DNA from: Saprospiraceae bacterium
Lineage (GTDB): Bacteria; Bacteroidota; Bacteroidia; Chitinophagales; Saprospiraceae
Reading direction: 5' to 3'
Length of the DNA: 64,000 nt
NCBI GenBank assembly: GCA_041392555.1
Contig: JAWKLW010000005.1
Location: 4,080-68,079 of the forward strand
In this document: positions 44,783-58,261 of the stretch, in pieces
Layout of the letters: each line of letters opens with the position of its first letter
Position numbering within the stretch: the stretch's first letter is position 1
Notes under the pieces: generated by a model
Database searches by the model: none
Told to the model about the DNA's origin: nothing
What the model saw: the letters and a program-made list of their open reading frames with translations, nothing else
Translations under genes and position numbers: made by a program

Positions 44783-46506
44783 TAATATTTGGATTTTAAT
44801 TCATTTTTAATTTGTTCAAAATGATTTCCTATTTCATTTTGCTTATCACTAATAATTTCTATTTCCTTAGCTTCATTTTCCAGAAATGAATCTAATTTTA
44901 TAAAATTATCATCAATTTTCTTCTTAATATTACTAACGTATTTTTTTATCTTTTCTGTGACCTCATCACTGATTTTATTTTTTCCCTTACCCATTTCTTC
45001 GATAAATCCATTTAGAATCTTACTTCTTTAACCTATCCCCACCCGGCAAAAAGAAACTCCTATAGCCGTAATAATTCCACCTGTAATATCAAAAATCACT
45101 CCGTGAGTAAGTGCAGCAATGACAATCCCAATAGCAGCAAGTCCTGATCCTTTCAATAATTCCGGAGAGACACTACTATCTTTGGTTAGAAGATCCTTAT
45201 TGTAGAAATTTTCTTCATGATGCAAAAATCTCGAAAAAGTATCTATTAATTCAGATAGTATATTTGCTCGTTTATCAGCTAAATCACTAAAAATATGGTC
45301 ATCTTGTTTTAGAATTGTTTTACTATTATGTAATTTAGCATCAACCAATTTTGCCATCATTTGTATATTCTCAGCTATATCTTTGATACCATCATTGAGA
45401 GATTTGCCTACCACTGACTTTAATTCTTGTTCGAGATCATTTGTAAATCCATCCAACCAATTATGCAAATTTTCATTTTTATTGAATATAGATAAAAATG
45501 AACTGCTGACAATTGTAAAAAAGCCCAGCCTATCGCTCAATTTATTTTTATATTTATTGATTATAGTATCGTATTTGGAAAGCAAGCTATCTACAAGAAT
45601 TTCCGTTTGATGATTGGTTTTGCTTTCTTGCTTATCCAATATATCTTTTATTTCATTTCTGAAAGCAATATCTGCATCATATTGTTGCTTTCGAAGCACC
45701 ATTCCGCTTTTTAATTTATCATTGATATTCTCAAGAGTTTCCACTGAAGCTTCAAGTTTCAAATAAGCAGCTTTGCCATTAGTGATGTGATCACTGATAT
45801 AATTTCTTAGAGAGATAAATCCACTTTCCTCTTTCTTTCCTTCCAACTCTAATTTAGCTGAAACTGCAAACACTATAGGAGATTTGATATCTTTCTTTAT
45901 TGCATAATCTTTTACCCCATTAAAATTTATATCAAGGTCGCTTTCATCCATTAAATCTTTTTGTTGTAGTACGAAAATGACCTTTTTCCTCCACTCTTCT
46001 TTGACATAATCAAAAAATTCCCAAGCAGATTGACGATATGGATTTTTTGCTTCAAAAACAAATATAATCAAATCACTCACAGGAATAAATCTCTCAGTAA
46101 TCTCCTGATGATGAGCAATAATGGTATTAGTTCCAGGGGTATCAACTATTGCTATTTCTTTCAAAATGGAATTATCCTGATATATCTTTTTCAAATATTG
46201 TGATACGAACTCTTCCCTTTCAGGCACACCATAAACAATTTGTTGGATAGTATCTGTCATAGGTGAAGGAGCCACCTTACATATCTCTTTACCTGTATCC
46301 AAAAGAGCATTTATAAATGAACTTTTCCCGGATTTCACCTCTCCTACAATTACAAACATATATGGCTCATTCAATCTATTAATAACATCCTGAGCTATTC
46401 CGATTTCATCAGAATAATTTATCTTGTCCAATAATTTTTTTAATTCAAGACCAAAAAATTCAATTTGCTGTTTTGAGGATTTAATTTCACTTTCAATATC
46501 TATCAT
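44782..46506 (-). CDS. dynamin-family GTPase interrupted by one in-frame TAA
   Basis: P-loop GEVKSGKSSFINALL and DTPGTN motifs. ORF 45028..46506 and ORF 44782..44994 are in the same frame, separated only by the TAA at 45030..45028 plus 11 sense codons. Confidence 0.7.
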
Positions 46507-46754
46507 GATATATTTTTTACAAAAATAATTATTCTTAAGTATTTACAGAATTTGTTTAACTAAAGTTTTAATTTTTGGTTTATAATTTCCCATATTTTCA
46601 TAATACACTTAACATAGAATAAAATAAAACAATTCAAAAACCAAGATAATAGTTAAAAAATATATTGGTGAAAAAAATCAGTTTTTATACTTTATCTATT
46701 AAAATTGGACATTAAGTCTTAAATTTGCTTCCTCATAACTTTTAATCATAAATC

Positions 46755-48389
46755 ATGGATGAAAAGAATCTGGAATTGAAACAAAATATCGATGCAAACA
46801 AATTGCTAATAAATAAAATCTCTTTGAAAGCAGATAAAATATATTTGGGAGGAGGCAAAAATAAAATCCAGGTTCAACATGATGCTAATAAACTAACTGC
46901 AAGAGAGAGAATTGGATATCTGATAGATAAAAACACAGAATTTTTAGAATTAGGTTTATTTGCCGGATACGAAATGTACAAAGAACATGGAGGATGTCCT
47001 GCAGGAGGAGTAATTACCGGTTTAGGATATGTTAATGGTGTTCAGTGCATGATAGTAGCCAATGACGCTACAGTGAAAGCAGGTTCATGGTTTCCCATAA
47101 CCGGAAAGAAAAATTTACGCGCACAGGAGATATCTATGGAAAATGAAATCCCTATAATATATTTAGTGGATAGTGCTGGAGTTTTTCTACCTCTACAAGA
47201 TGAAATATTTCCTGACAAAGAGCATTTTGGTAGAATATTCAGAAATAATGCTGTAATGTCATCAAAAGGTATTTACCAGATAGCTGCCATAATGGGAAGT
47301 TGCGTTGCAGGTGGCGCATATTTACCTATTATGTCAGATGAATCCATTATTGTAGAAGGCACAGGTTCAATTTTTTTGGCAGGCCCCTACCTTGTTAAAG
47401 CAGCAATAGGTGAACAGGTGGATATAGAAACCCTGGGAGGAGCCACTACTCAAACAGATATTTCCGGCATAGTGGATTATAAAGTAAAATCTGACCAAGA
47501 AGCATTGGATCTTATCAGAAACATTATTAATAAGTTAGGAGAAAAACCCAAGGCAGGAATAAAAAGAATAAAACCAGAATTGCCAAAAAGAAACATCGAA
47601 GAAATCCTTGAGATTCTTCCTGAAGATAGAGCTAAGCCTTACAGTATGAAACAACTTTTGGAATGTATCGTAGATAATTCTGAACTGACATATTTCAAAG
47701 ATGGATATGGCAAAACAATTATCACTGCATACGCCAACATCGATGGTTGGGCTGTTGGAATAGTTGCAAATGAAAGACAAATAGTAAAATCTGAATCAGG
47801 AGAAGTACAATTCGGTGGTGTGATATATTCTGATTCCGCTGATAAAGCAGCAAGATTTATCATGTCTTGTAATCAAAAGAAAATTCCATTGATATTTTTT
47901 CACGATGTCACTGGATTTATGGTTGGTACCAGAGCTGAAAATGGAGGTATTATAAAAGATGGAGCTAAAATGGTAAATGCTGTTTCAAACTCTACTGTAC
48001 CAAAAATAACTGTGATAATCGGCAATTCCTACGGTGCAGGAAATTATGCCATGTGCGGAAAAGCATATGACCCAAGATTCATATATGCTTGGCCTAGTGC
48101 AAAAATAGCAGTAATGGGAGGCGCTCAAGCTGCCAAGGTAATAACTCAAATACAGGTCTCCTCACTGAAGAAAAAAGGACAAACTCCTGACGAAAAGGAA
48201 CAACAAGCCATTTTCGATGAGATAAAAAATAAATATGACGACAATACAAGCCCTTATTATGCAGCAGCAAGATTGTGGGTTGATGAAATAATAAATCCAT
48301 TGGAGACAAGAACATATATTTCAAGAAGCCTCGAAGCAGCAAATAATGCTAATATAAGTGAATTCAATGTCGGTGTACTCCAAACATAA
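46755..48389 (+). CDS. acyl-CoA carboxylase carboxyltransferase (beta) subunit
   Basis: Intact 544 aa with LTARERI, MIVANDATVKAGSW and FFHDVTGFMVG motifs. Confidence 0.85.
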   Translation: MDEKNLELKQNIDANKLLINKISLKADKIYLGGGKNKIQVQHDANKLTARERIGYLIDKNTEFLELGLFAGYEMYKEHGGCPAGGVITGLGYVNGVQCMIVANDATVKAGSWFPITGKKNLRAQEISMENEIPIIYLVDSAGVFLPLQDEIFPDKEHFGRIFRNNAVMSSKGIYQIAAIMGSCVAGGAYLPIMSDESIIVEGTGSIFLAGPYLVKAAIGEQVDIETLGGATTQTDISGIVDYKVKSDQEALDLIRNIINKLGEKPKAGIKRIKPELPKRNIEEILEILPEDRAKPYSMKQLLECIVDNSELTYFKDGYGKTIITAYANIDGWAVGIVANERQIVKSESGEVQFGGVIYSDSADKAARFIMSCNQKKIPLIFFHDVTGFMVGTRAENGGIIKDGAKMVNAVSNSTVPKITVIIGNSYGAGNYAMCGKAYDPRFIYAWPSAKIAVMGGAQAAKVITQIQVSSLKKKGQTPDEKEQQAIFDEIKNKYDDNTSPYYAAARLWVDEIINPLETRTYISRSLEAANNANISEFNVGVLQT

Positions 48390-48416
48390 TATCCAAATAA
48401 AAATACTTTTTAAATA

Positions 48417-49532
48417 ATGCAAATAATAGCTAAAACCTTTGAAGGATTAGAAAATACAGTCGCTAACGAAATTAAAGAGCTCGGTGGAGAAAATATCAAC
48501 ATTGTAAAGAGAGCAGTGGAATATGAAGGTGCCCTTTCATTGGTCTATAAATCCAACCTTCATTTGCGGTCTGCTATTAAAGTATTAATAAATATAGCTC
48601 AATTTTCAGCTAATGATGAATATGAACTTTATGAAAAAGCTAAGAAAATCCCTTGGTTTGATTTCATCGGTTTAAATCAGACTTTTGCAATTGATTCTAA
48701 TGTAAATTCTGAATTTTTTAAGCACTCAAAATATGTGGCATACAAAGTAAAAGATGCTATTGCAGACAAATTCACTGAAATCAGAGGACGCAGACCAAAT
48801 GTAAATGTCTATAATCCTGATGTTAGGATCAATATTAGAATTTTTCAAAATAATGTGGATATTTCTTTAGATAGCTCAGGTGACCCTTTGCATATACGCG
48901 GATATAAAATAGATAATCTGTATGCTCCTTTGAATGAAGTTTTGGCAGCAGGAATACTTCTAAATACTGATTTCAATCAAAAAGATAGTTTTTATGATCC
49001 TATGTGTGGCTCTGGTACGCTTTTAACTGAAGCTATGATGATAAATACCAATTATGCTCCAAATATACACAGAGAATCCTTTGGGTTTATGACTTGGCAT
49101 GACTTTGATAATAAACTTTGGAAATCAATTTTGAATAATGCTAAAGAAAGTATCACAAAACCTTCAATTCATTTTTTCGGTTCTGATATCGACAGAAAAG
49201 CTGTTTTTGCAACGAAAAAAAATCTTACAATATTAAATTTTGGAAATGATATCGATGTTAAACAAGCCGACTTTTTTAAAATAAAAAACTGCAGTGATTT
49301 CAAATTTATCATAATGAATCCTCCATACGACGTAAGACTTCAAACCGAGGATATTATAGGATTTTACAAAAATATAGGAGACAAACTGAAAAAAGATTGT
49401 ACAGGAATAGAAGCATGGGTATTTTCAGCAAATTTAGAAGCATTAAAGTTATTGGGATTAAAACCTGACTCAAAAACAAAATTAATGAACGGAAAATTAC
49501 CGGCAGAACTTAGAAAATATTCTTTATATTAA
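48417..49532 (+). CDS. THUMP domain-containing class I SAM-dependent RNA methyltransferase
   Basis: 371 aa with DPMCGSGTLLTEA (motif I) and IIMNPPY (motif IV). Confidence 0.8.
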   Translation: MQIIAKTFEGLENTVANEIKELGGENINIVKRAVEYEGALSLVYKSNLHLRSAIKVLINIAQFSANDEYELYEKAKKIPWFDFIGLNQTFAIDSNVNSEFFKHSKYVAYKVKDAIADKFTEIRGRRPNVNVYNPDVRINIRIFQNNVDISLDSSGDPLHIRGYKIDNLYAPLNEVLAAGILLNTDFNQKDSFYDPMCGSGTLLTEAMMINTNYAPNIHRESFGFMTWHDFDNKLWKSILNNAKESITKPSIHFFGSDIDRKAVFATKKNLTILNFGNDIDVKQADFFKIKNCSDFKFIIMNPPYDVRLQTEDIIGFYKNIGDKLKKDCTGIEAWVFSANLEALKLLGLKPDSKTKLMNGKLPAELRKYSLY

Positions 49533-49556
49533 TTACTTTTGAAATAAAAATATATT

Positions 49557-50828
49557 GTGAATCTTCCATTTTTCATAGCTAACAGGCTGGCATTTAGTAA
49601 AAAAAGTTCCATTTCGGGAACTATAATCAGAATAGCAATTGCCGCTATTGGAATCAGCATTACTGCTATGATTCTCGCTGTTTTCATGATCAGAGGATTC
49701 CAGGAAAGTATATCAGAAAAGATTTTTGGATTTTGGGGACATATCGATATTTCAGGTATGGAATCCACGAATGAGATCAGCTTATCTCCTCTTGTTGACT
49801 TCGATCCTTATATTGATGAAATTCTGAATATAGATACTATCAGTTATTACGATGATAATGACAAAGAGGTTGATGTAAAATGCAAAATAGAAGGAGTTCA
49901 GAAATATATCATTTATCCGGCTATATTGTTATCAAAATCAGGTTATGAGGGGATTGTAGCTAAAGGAGTTGGTGAAGATTTTTTCCGAAATTATCTTTCC
50001 GGATATTTAAAAAAAGGAAATATTCCCGATTTTGGTTCAGACAAAGCTAAAGAAGAGATTCTTATTTCTAAATATACTGCTGACAGACTTAACCTTGATA
50101 ATGGCAAGTATTTAATCATCAATTTTTTTACTGATAATCAACAAATTAAAAAAAGACTTAAAATATCCGGAATTTATAGCACCGGATTGATGGAATATGA
50201 CAAGAAATTATCTTTTGTCGATATAGATTTAATTAGAGAAGCAATATCATGGGATAAAAATGAAATTGGGGGAGTTGAAGTATTTATCGAAGATATAAAT
50301 AATGCAGAACTCTTGAACCAATATATTTATTCAGAAATATTACCGGCAGAAATATATTCTATGACTATTCAGAGAAAATTTCCTTCAATATTTGAATGGT
50401 TAAAAATACAAAACCTCAATGAAAAAGTAATTCTTGTTTTGATGCTCATAGTTTCTGTTATTAACATGATTACTGCTCTATTGATATTGATACTGGAACA
50501 AACAAATATGATAGGTATATTAAGAGCTCTTGGGATGGAGACATCAAGAATCAGAAGCATTTTCCTTTACCATGCCGGATTTATATTATTATTCGGATTA
50601 CTTCTTGGTGATTTTATTGGAATAACTATAAGTGTATTGCAAAAAAAATATGGCTTCATCAAACTCGACGAAGCCAATTATTATTTATCCTATGCACCTA
50701 TTCATTTTGATTTTACAGCTCTATTATTGATCAATCTTGGAACCTTATTGATAACTATCATTATTTTAATTATTCCAAGCTATATTGTATCAAAAATAGA
50801 TCCTATAAAGACTATTTCTTACAGATGA
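49557..50828 (+). CDS. FtsX/LolE-like ABC transporter permease
   Basis: LPFFIANRLAFSKKSS N-terminus, a large periplasmic loop, and a C-terminal FtsX helix bundle (ILRALGM). Confidence 0.8.
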   Translation: MNLPFFIANRLAFSKKSSISGTIIRIAIAAIGISITAMILAVFMIRGFQESISEKIFGFWGHIDISGMESTNEISLSPLVDFDPYIDEILNIDTISYYDDNDKEVDVKCKIEGVQKYIIYPAILLSKSGYEGIVAKGVGEDFFRNYLSGYLKKGNIPDFGSDKAKEEILISKYTADRLNLDNGKYLIINFFTDNQQIKKRLKISGIYSTGLMEYDKKLSFVDIDLIREAISWDKNEIGGVEVFIEDINNAELLNQYIYSEILPAEIYSMTIQRKFPSIFEWLKIQNLNEKVILVLMLIVSVINMITALLILILEQTNMIGILRALGMETSRIRSIFLYHAGFILLFGLLLGDFIGITISVLQKKYGFIKLDEANYYLSYAPIHFDFTALLLINLGTLLITIIILIIPSYIVSKIDPIKTISYR

Positions 50829-50830
50829 TT

Positions 50831-51232
50831 TTATTGATTATATGTAACTTGTTTAGTTTTTGGATTATAAACTAAAGAAAGCTTTTTAGTATCCTGAGTA
50901 TAATCTACTTTCAATTCATATTTTCCTTCCCAGGAAACAACTCCATTTTCAGCATTTTTACCCCAAATAACAGATTTTGATTTAACATCATACACCAAAA
51001 TTTTAGTTGTGGATTTACCATAAATATTAGTTTCAGGAAGAACTTCATAAATTGCTACATAAGCATTATTTTTATTGTTCAAGATTTTGTAATCTCCCTT
51101 AAAATTATTTTTGGCTAAAGTGGCAACATCAGTATATGCAATTTCTGCACCTTCAGTCACAGCAGAAGTTGTTTTTTTATTACATGATACAAGTAAAACT
51201 GCGAAAATAATTAATATTAAGTAATTTTTCAT
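50831..51232 (-). CDS. hypothetical lipoprotein
   Basis: MKNYLILIIFAVLLVSC lipobox. 133 aa. Confidence 0.5.
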   Translation of the reverse strand: MKNYLILIIFAVLLVSCNKKTTSAVTEGAEIAYTDVATLAKNNFKGDYKILNNKNNAYVAIYEVLPETNIYGKSTTKILVYDVKSKSVIWGKNAENGVVSWEGKYELKVDYTQDTKKLSLVYNPKTKQVTYNQ

Positions 51233-51381
51233 TTGATGTGATTTTATAATTAATTGATAAATTAGTATTTAGAAAGTAACGAAATATTGGGTTAAAAATA
51301 TATAATTTGATTATAAAATTGTCATAATAAAAATCACCCACTCTAAAAAAGACATGGGTGATTAATCAATTTGACTTAAAT

Positions 51382-54300
51382 TTATCTTACAATTGTTATA
51401 TCTCCAACAACTTTCATATCATCTCTTTCCTTCAATTTGAATACTATATAGTAAACATATACTCCTGGAGATAATTTTTTACCTTTATATTCACCATCCC
51501 AACCATCTCCTATATCATTTACATTAGCATTTTCAATCGAGAATACATTTTCTCCCCATCTGTCAAAAATCTTCATTTCCTTAATCAATTCAACAGAATT
51601 ATCAGCTGTCACATAGAAGATATCATTTTGACCATCTCCATCCGGAGAAAATACATTTGGAATACTGATATCTACATTTTCCAGATATGTCAATGCTATA
51701 CAATTCAATGCTACACAATTATTCACATCTGTGATTTCAACACACAATGTATCGTCTGCAGTAAGCGCTACATCCACATAATCCTCACATACATCACCGG
51801 AACACAAAACTCCTTCATTTATTAAGTACCAAACTATCTGATCTATTTCCACATTATCAACATTTGTCAATTGATATCTGTTAGTAATTTTTTCTGGCAC
51901 TATTGCTGCACCAAATATTTGTGGATCTAATACTTTAGGATCAGTCAATACTACATTAGCAGATGATTTACAGTTATATTCATCAGTAGCAACGATAGAA
52001 TATGTTCCTGCTTCAAGATCAGTATAAAGACCTAGAAGAGGACTGTCCGTTAACCGTGTATGAAACATTATTTTCCGGACTTATACTTATTTCTCCATTG
52101 CTCTCTCCATTACATAATGGATCATGACTCTCTGCTACTATCAAAGGATTATCTGTTATCAAGACTGAATCCTGAACAGAATATGAGCAATTATCGAGTG
52201 TATAATCGACAGTATAAACATAATTACCAGCTTCAAAATTAGTTAAATTCAATTGCCCGTTTTGACTAATTCCTGTTCCAGACCACGCTACATCACCTCC
52301 AGTAGTTCCTGTAATATCAGCATTTAGAGATAATGTTTGAGCAACATCTGATTTACATATCTGATCAGGCAATCCACTGATGGCAAGTTCTACAAATGGA
52401 CATGGTTCTGTACTACATCCTTTTGTCACTGAAATATTTCCACAAGCACAATCAGAAATAGCTTCTACTGTAAATTCAAATGAAGAATTTGAACTCAAAT
52501 TAGTCATTGAATAACTCGTATTAGCACTATGCTGATTGTAATACCCCATCAACATATACATTGTACTTTGTAGCACAGTCTATATCATTCCAATTAAGTA
52601 CAATAGAATTTGTAGTAGTATCACAATAAAGCTCAGGCTCTACTAATTCAGGATCTACTATTACTTGCTTGCTTACAGTCCGCCATATAACATCCTTCAT
52701 TATCAATATATAGACTGAGATCATAAGTTCCTGCTTTAGCAAAACTCAAATAGAATTTGGAAGCGGAAATATCTGTTCTTACTCCACTCTCATAATTCCA
52801 TGTTTCCACTGCACCACCTGAACCTCACTTTGATTATTGATTACTATACTATCAGTAACACAGATATGATCATCTTCCACTGCAAACTGTGCCAATGGCT
52901 CTTGAATCACTGTAATATAAAATGAAGCACTTGTATCGCATATTTCTTCATAATCCATAGTTATCAAATGATCCCCTACTCCAGCCACCTGTGGATCAAA
53001 TACACCTGTACTGGAATTTACTCCCGCACCACTCCATGTATATGTTCCTGTACCATCTCCCTGAGTAACATTTGCTTCTAATTGTATTGTACCAGTAGAA
53101 CTATTCAAACAAATAGTATCAGGATGTTGTCCAATTGTGATTTGATAATCAGGACAATCTACAGCAGTACATGTCTTAGTACTTATTCTGTTTCCACATA
53201 CACCACCATCAATAGCTTCTACTTTAATCGACACTTCATCTCCTGGAGTCAAACCTCCTTGCAAATAATTATTGACATAAGCACTATCGACTTTTATTCC
53301 ATCGATATAAATTACATATCCCAATGCTAATGGATCCAAATCCCAAGTAAAATTAATATTATTTGTAGTAGGATCACATTTTATTTTAACTGGATCAAGA
53401 GTATCCTGAACCAAAACAGGAATTTCTGTAAGTTCAGACATACATCCATTATTCTCAACATTGAGTTTAATTTTCTTTTCCTATAGTATTCCATTTTACT
53501 GTCTGAACTCCCAATCCTGAACCGAAGTCACTACACCGCTATCATAATCCCAGTAGGGACTCCATTAGGTGCATTTCCTGTATAGGTAACTTTCACTTCA
53601 TCAGTTATACAGATAGTATCCTTATTTACCACAAAATCAGACTTTGATTTTCAATTACCCTTATAGTAGCAGTTTTAGTATAAGGACATTCAAATTCAAA
53701 ATATTCAAATTTAATCTGATGTGTACCAACACCTGCAACCGAAGGATCAAATAATCCTGTTTGAGGATCAACAATTCCATTTCCGGAATAAGTAATCACT
53801 CCTGCTCCTAACGGATTTACTGAATTTTGTATAACAAATGGTTGATTTGTCCCATCATAGCAGATAAAAGTATCCAAAGGACTTAAATCTACTGATACTT
53901 CAGGGCAATCTTTAGCAAAACATTTTACTGTATCTGAATAAAATGGAGGGCAATAACTATCCGGAACAACATATAATGAAATCGATACTGAATCTAATGG
54001 AGCTAACCCCGTTACTACATACTCATTACCATTTTGTGTTCCAGTAATACCATCTACCAAATCTACCGTTACATCATCAGCACCATCAATATTCCATAGT
54101 AATGTTATGGAGGTAGAATTAGATCTCACAATCTACATTTACATCTCCTATAGGTTGTTCAACATTTACATATTCAAGATTAAGACCTGAATTACATCCA
54201 TTTTCAACTACTTCCAAGCGAAACTATTTATCTCCTGAAGTTGCCCATGACACTCATGCACCAGTCCAACACCTCCGTACCATTTTCTACTGTACCTCCA

Positions 54301-57300
54301 CCAAAGTTCCATAGTATATGTTGCATCTGATGAACCAGATCCTGTATATTCTATTGTGGCAACATCTGTTAAGCAAATGGTATCAACTATACTAAATAAT
54401 GCATCAGGCCCAGGAGTTATTTCTATAGGAGTACATATAGTATCTGAAGAACCACATTCCTCATTATATGCATAATAACAGAGATCTCCTCCGGATGAAC
54501 CATACCAATTTATTGTAATTCCCAAACCATTATTATCTACCACTGCTGATGTAACATCATCAGGATATATCCAATGATATGTATAATCTGAACTATTGGA
54601 AATAATACTATAATACCAGTTATCACTCGAGCTGCTACAAATTTCAGTATCCCATGCATTAGCTTCCGGAGCTTCAGGTAAAAATTCTGCCAATTCTATT
54701 GTCAATTCATCAAATTCAGTAAAATCACAATATATACCGTATGAAGGGACACCAAGCACAAATTCCACTGAATAATCTCCATCATCAGCAACATTTATTT
54801 CATAAGGAGTTGATGGGTCATCATCAGTAATTTGGGAGCCATTCCAATACCAATTTACCTCTATTGTTTGCCCTACTACTGAAGATATGTAATCCGGATA
54901 AAATACAATTTTTATAGGTTTTGTAGGATCACCTGAACATTGTGCATCTATATATCCTCTAATTTCCAAAAATTTAATATTAATAGTATCTCTCAAATCA
55001 CATTCATCAGGATTTGGATTTGGCACCACTACTATTTCATTTGAAATATCACTAACATATTCTTCATCAAAAATAATCATTGGGGTACCAACACATCCAA
55101 CAGTATCTATTGTTCTTCCTGTTAAAGGAATTTCTACAATTTCCACTAATTGATCATAAGTACATCCAAATTGATCATTTAATGTAGTTGAATACTGACC
55201 TGCAGAAAACAGTGTACCTCCTTCCCAATCATCAGGATCAAAGCCCTGTTGTAAATCATTTTCACACACTTCAAATAATCCTAAATCTTCAGGTGGCAAT
55301 TCTACGACATTAATCTCAAATTCAAATAAATCCCCATCATTACAATCATTATAACCATATACAGAAATAGTATAAGTACCAGCATCAGTGAAACTTGTTG
55401 AATATTCAGGATCTTCTGTAGTGCCAACTTCTACACCATTGATACTCCATAAATACCCTGAAGCATAAAGAACATTTTCAATATAAAAAGTAACATCGGC
55501 ACCTACACAAATATCCTCGCATGTTGGGAAATTAGAATCACATGGTATCCATCAGGACCTTCCACAATAGGAGCACTTCCTCCATCTAAAATCTCCAACC
55601 AATAGGTGCACATAGTACCTGCACATCCATCTATGAAAAAATAATATGTTGATCCAATTTCAAGATTATATAACTGAACCGAATATCTCCAGGTGATACA
55701 CAATCGCATTGTAAAGCAATTGGATTTTCCATATCGCAATCATCATAAATACCCCATTGAATACCTATATTTCCACCTCCGGACACACATCCATTAGCAT
55801 GTATTATTAATGATATATTTGTAGATCCTGCAATAAATGCAAACCAAGACGGATTGTGAAAAGCATATCCACCTCCACAACCAGGGATTGTTACTTGTTC
55901 CCAGGCAGGAACCATAGACTTACAAAAATCATTTAATTCAAATAATTCACAAAGCACATCAGCTTCTTCACATTCTCCAGCTGTTTCACTAGGACAATCT
56001 GTAGGAGGAATAACATAATAACCTGCATCTATATTCCTATTTTCTTCTCCTGATTCAAATGTCAAAACATCTGTCCAACCTGAAACTTCATCTATATCAC
56101 TATCCACTTCATTAGGTCCGACATTTTTCAATGTAATATTAAATGTAGCCGGGGTAGTAAATACCAAATAATAATCACCAGGTTTCATATTTTGATCATT
56201 ACCAAATGCATAATTACCATTAGCGTCTGATGTAGTTGTTCCAATAGAAACTCCAGCACTGGTAAATAATTCAATAGCAACATCTGCCATAGCAGGTTCA
56301 CCACTATCCTGAATACCATCAGTATTCAAATCCCTCCAACAATAATCTCCAACTGTAAATGGTTTATAAAAACCTGCATCCCAATCCGTTGTGGATTCAC
56401 CTGAATTAAGAGTGAAATTTATAGTATTTCCAGTATTTACATTAGGGTCACTATCTTCAACATCCGAACCCTGATCCTGATCAGTAAAGAAATACTGAGC
56501 AGGTCCTGCAAAAGTCAGGTAAAATTCTCCTGGTCTTATCTTAAACGATGGAAAGCTAAAGGAATAAAGTCCTCCTGCAGTTGTTGTATTCCATGATTCC
56601 GAACCATCTGATCTATTTAATGTTACATTGACTCCATCTAAACCCGGTTCACCATCCTGAATACCATTTCCATTCAAATCGTCCCAAGCAAGATCTCCCA
56701 CTGAGATATATTGGAAAAATCCTGCATCTATATTTTCTATTTCATCACCACTAACAATATCGATATCATCAGTATCTCCTGTTCCTGGATCCGGATCACT
56801 ATCGGTTGTAGTTGCTCCAACATGTTGCAATGTTATATCATCCATTCCTCCGGGAATATCAAAATGCACAGTATAAGTACCAGGAATGATATCAGTAAAA
56901 GTATATAAACCTCCACCTGATGTTGTTGTATTAACAGGAGTTATAGCTGTTCCATTTCCGGTAGTTCCTGAAAGCGTAACACTTACTCCATCGAGATCTG
57001 TTCCATCATCCTGTTGTCCATTTCCATTTAAATCTTCCCAAGTATATCCTGATATTGTACCAAATTGATAGTAACCAAGCATCTATTGTAGAATTTGTCT
57101 CATCACTATTCAAAGAAAAGGCACTACTTTGTCCTCCATTTGCTGGATTAGCGTCACTATTATTATTAGTTGGTAGCTCCTCCAACTTCAAAATATGTAT
57201 AATTATAATCTGGTAGATTATTACTAAATGTTACCACATAGGCAGCTCCTGGTGGCACATCATCAAATTGATATGCTCCACCTCCAGATGTAGTTGTGGA

Positions 57301-57867
57301 CATACTCACTGTATTTCCAAGTCCATCTGTTCCATCCAATGAAACATCTATCCCATCCAATCCATCAGGATCATTTTGTAGTCCATCTGCATCTTCATCT
57401 ACCCACACATAATCTCCTACTGTACCAAAAAGGAAATATCCTGCATCGACATTCGTTATGGATTGTCCTGCAGATAATGTATAAGTTAAAAAAGTAGTTT
57501 CATTCACATCAATATCACAATCAGCACCTCCAACAGAAACTTCATAACCAGGATTACTAAAAACAAGATAATAACCACCTACCGGAAGATCTTCAAAAGA
57601 ATAATCCCCGTTAGCATCAGTATTCATAGGATTTGTCAGTCCTGAAACAACAGCAGCAGCTCCTGTATTATCGTCATATAGAGTAACCTGTACTCCTGCT
57701 ATTCCATTTTCCCCGCCTTCAAACCATCACCATTGAGATCGTGCCATACTTTTCCGGAAATTAAAGGAGCTTGTGCATTTAGAGAACTCACAAAATTGGT
57801 ATTTCCTACCCAACTAATCACAGTCCACAAAAATATTAAAAATAAAACCCTTTATTGGTTTTAACAA
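51382..57867 (-). pseudogene. giant (~2,160 aa) T9SS type B surface adhesin with SdrD-B/Cna-B-like repeats, more than 10 frame disruptions
   Basis: At least 12 collinear minus-strand ORF pieces (for example 57166..57627, 55631..57082, 54208..55299, 52779..53441, 51382..52068). Repeated W.DLNGNG.QD...G..GV.V.L units near the N-terminus. The C-terminus reads NVFSPDGDGQNDIFYV...IFDRWGENVF...PGVYVYYIV...GDITIVR. The start is tentative (TTG at about 57867, then ...FLIFLWTVISWVGNTNFVSSLNAQA). Confidence 0.65.
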
Positions 57868-58207
57868 AAAACGAGTTAATACTTAAAAGTGTAAAATTTG
57901 ATTTCATTTACAATTAATTTAAAAAAATTCTAAGAAAAATATAACTAAATATACTTTTTCAATTAAAAAAACTAAATGGGAATTCTATTAATCACAAAGA
58001 TAAAACTTAATTTTTAATAAAAATTAACAATTAACATTAATATTCCACATTTTATAACAATTTAATACCAAAGCTTTCTTTACTAAAACAAATATAATTT
58101 TAATTTAATTGATTTAAAAAAATATTATTCTGCATTTTTAAATCATTTTTATTTGTCTAAAATATAATTTCAAATTGAATACATATCGCCAAATATTGTT
58201 AAATAAA

Positions 58208-58240
58208 AAAAGCAGGTATTTTTTGTACCTGCTTTTTTTA
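58208..58240. terminator. bidirectional intrinsic terminator downstream of rplT
   Basis: A-run, agcaggta[ttttttg]tacctgct, T-run. Confidence 0.7.
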
Positions 58241-58261
58241 TTTTTTGATAGTTTTTAAAAT

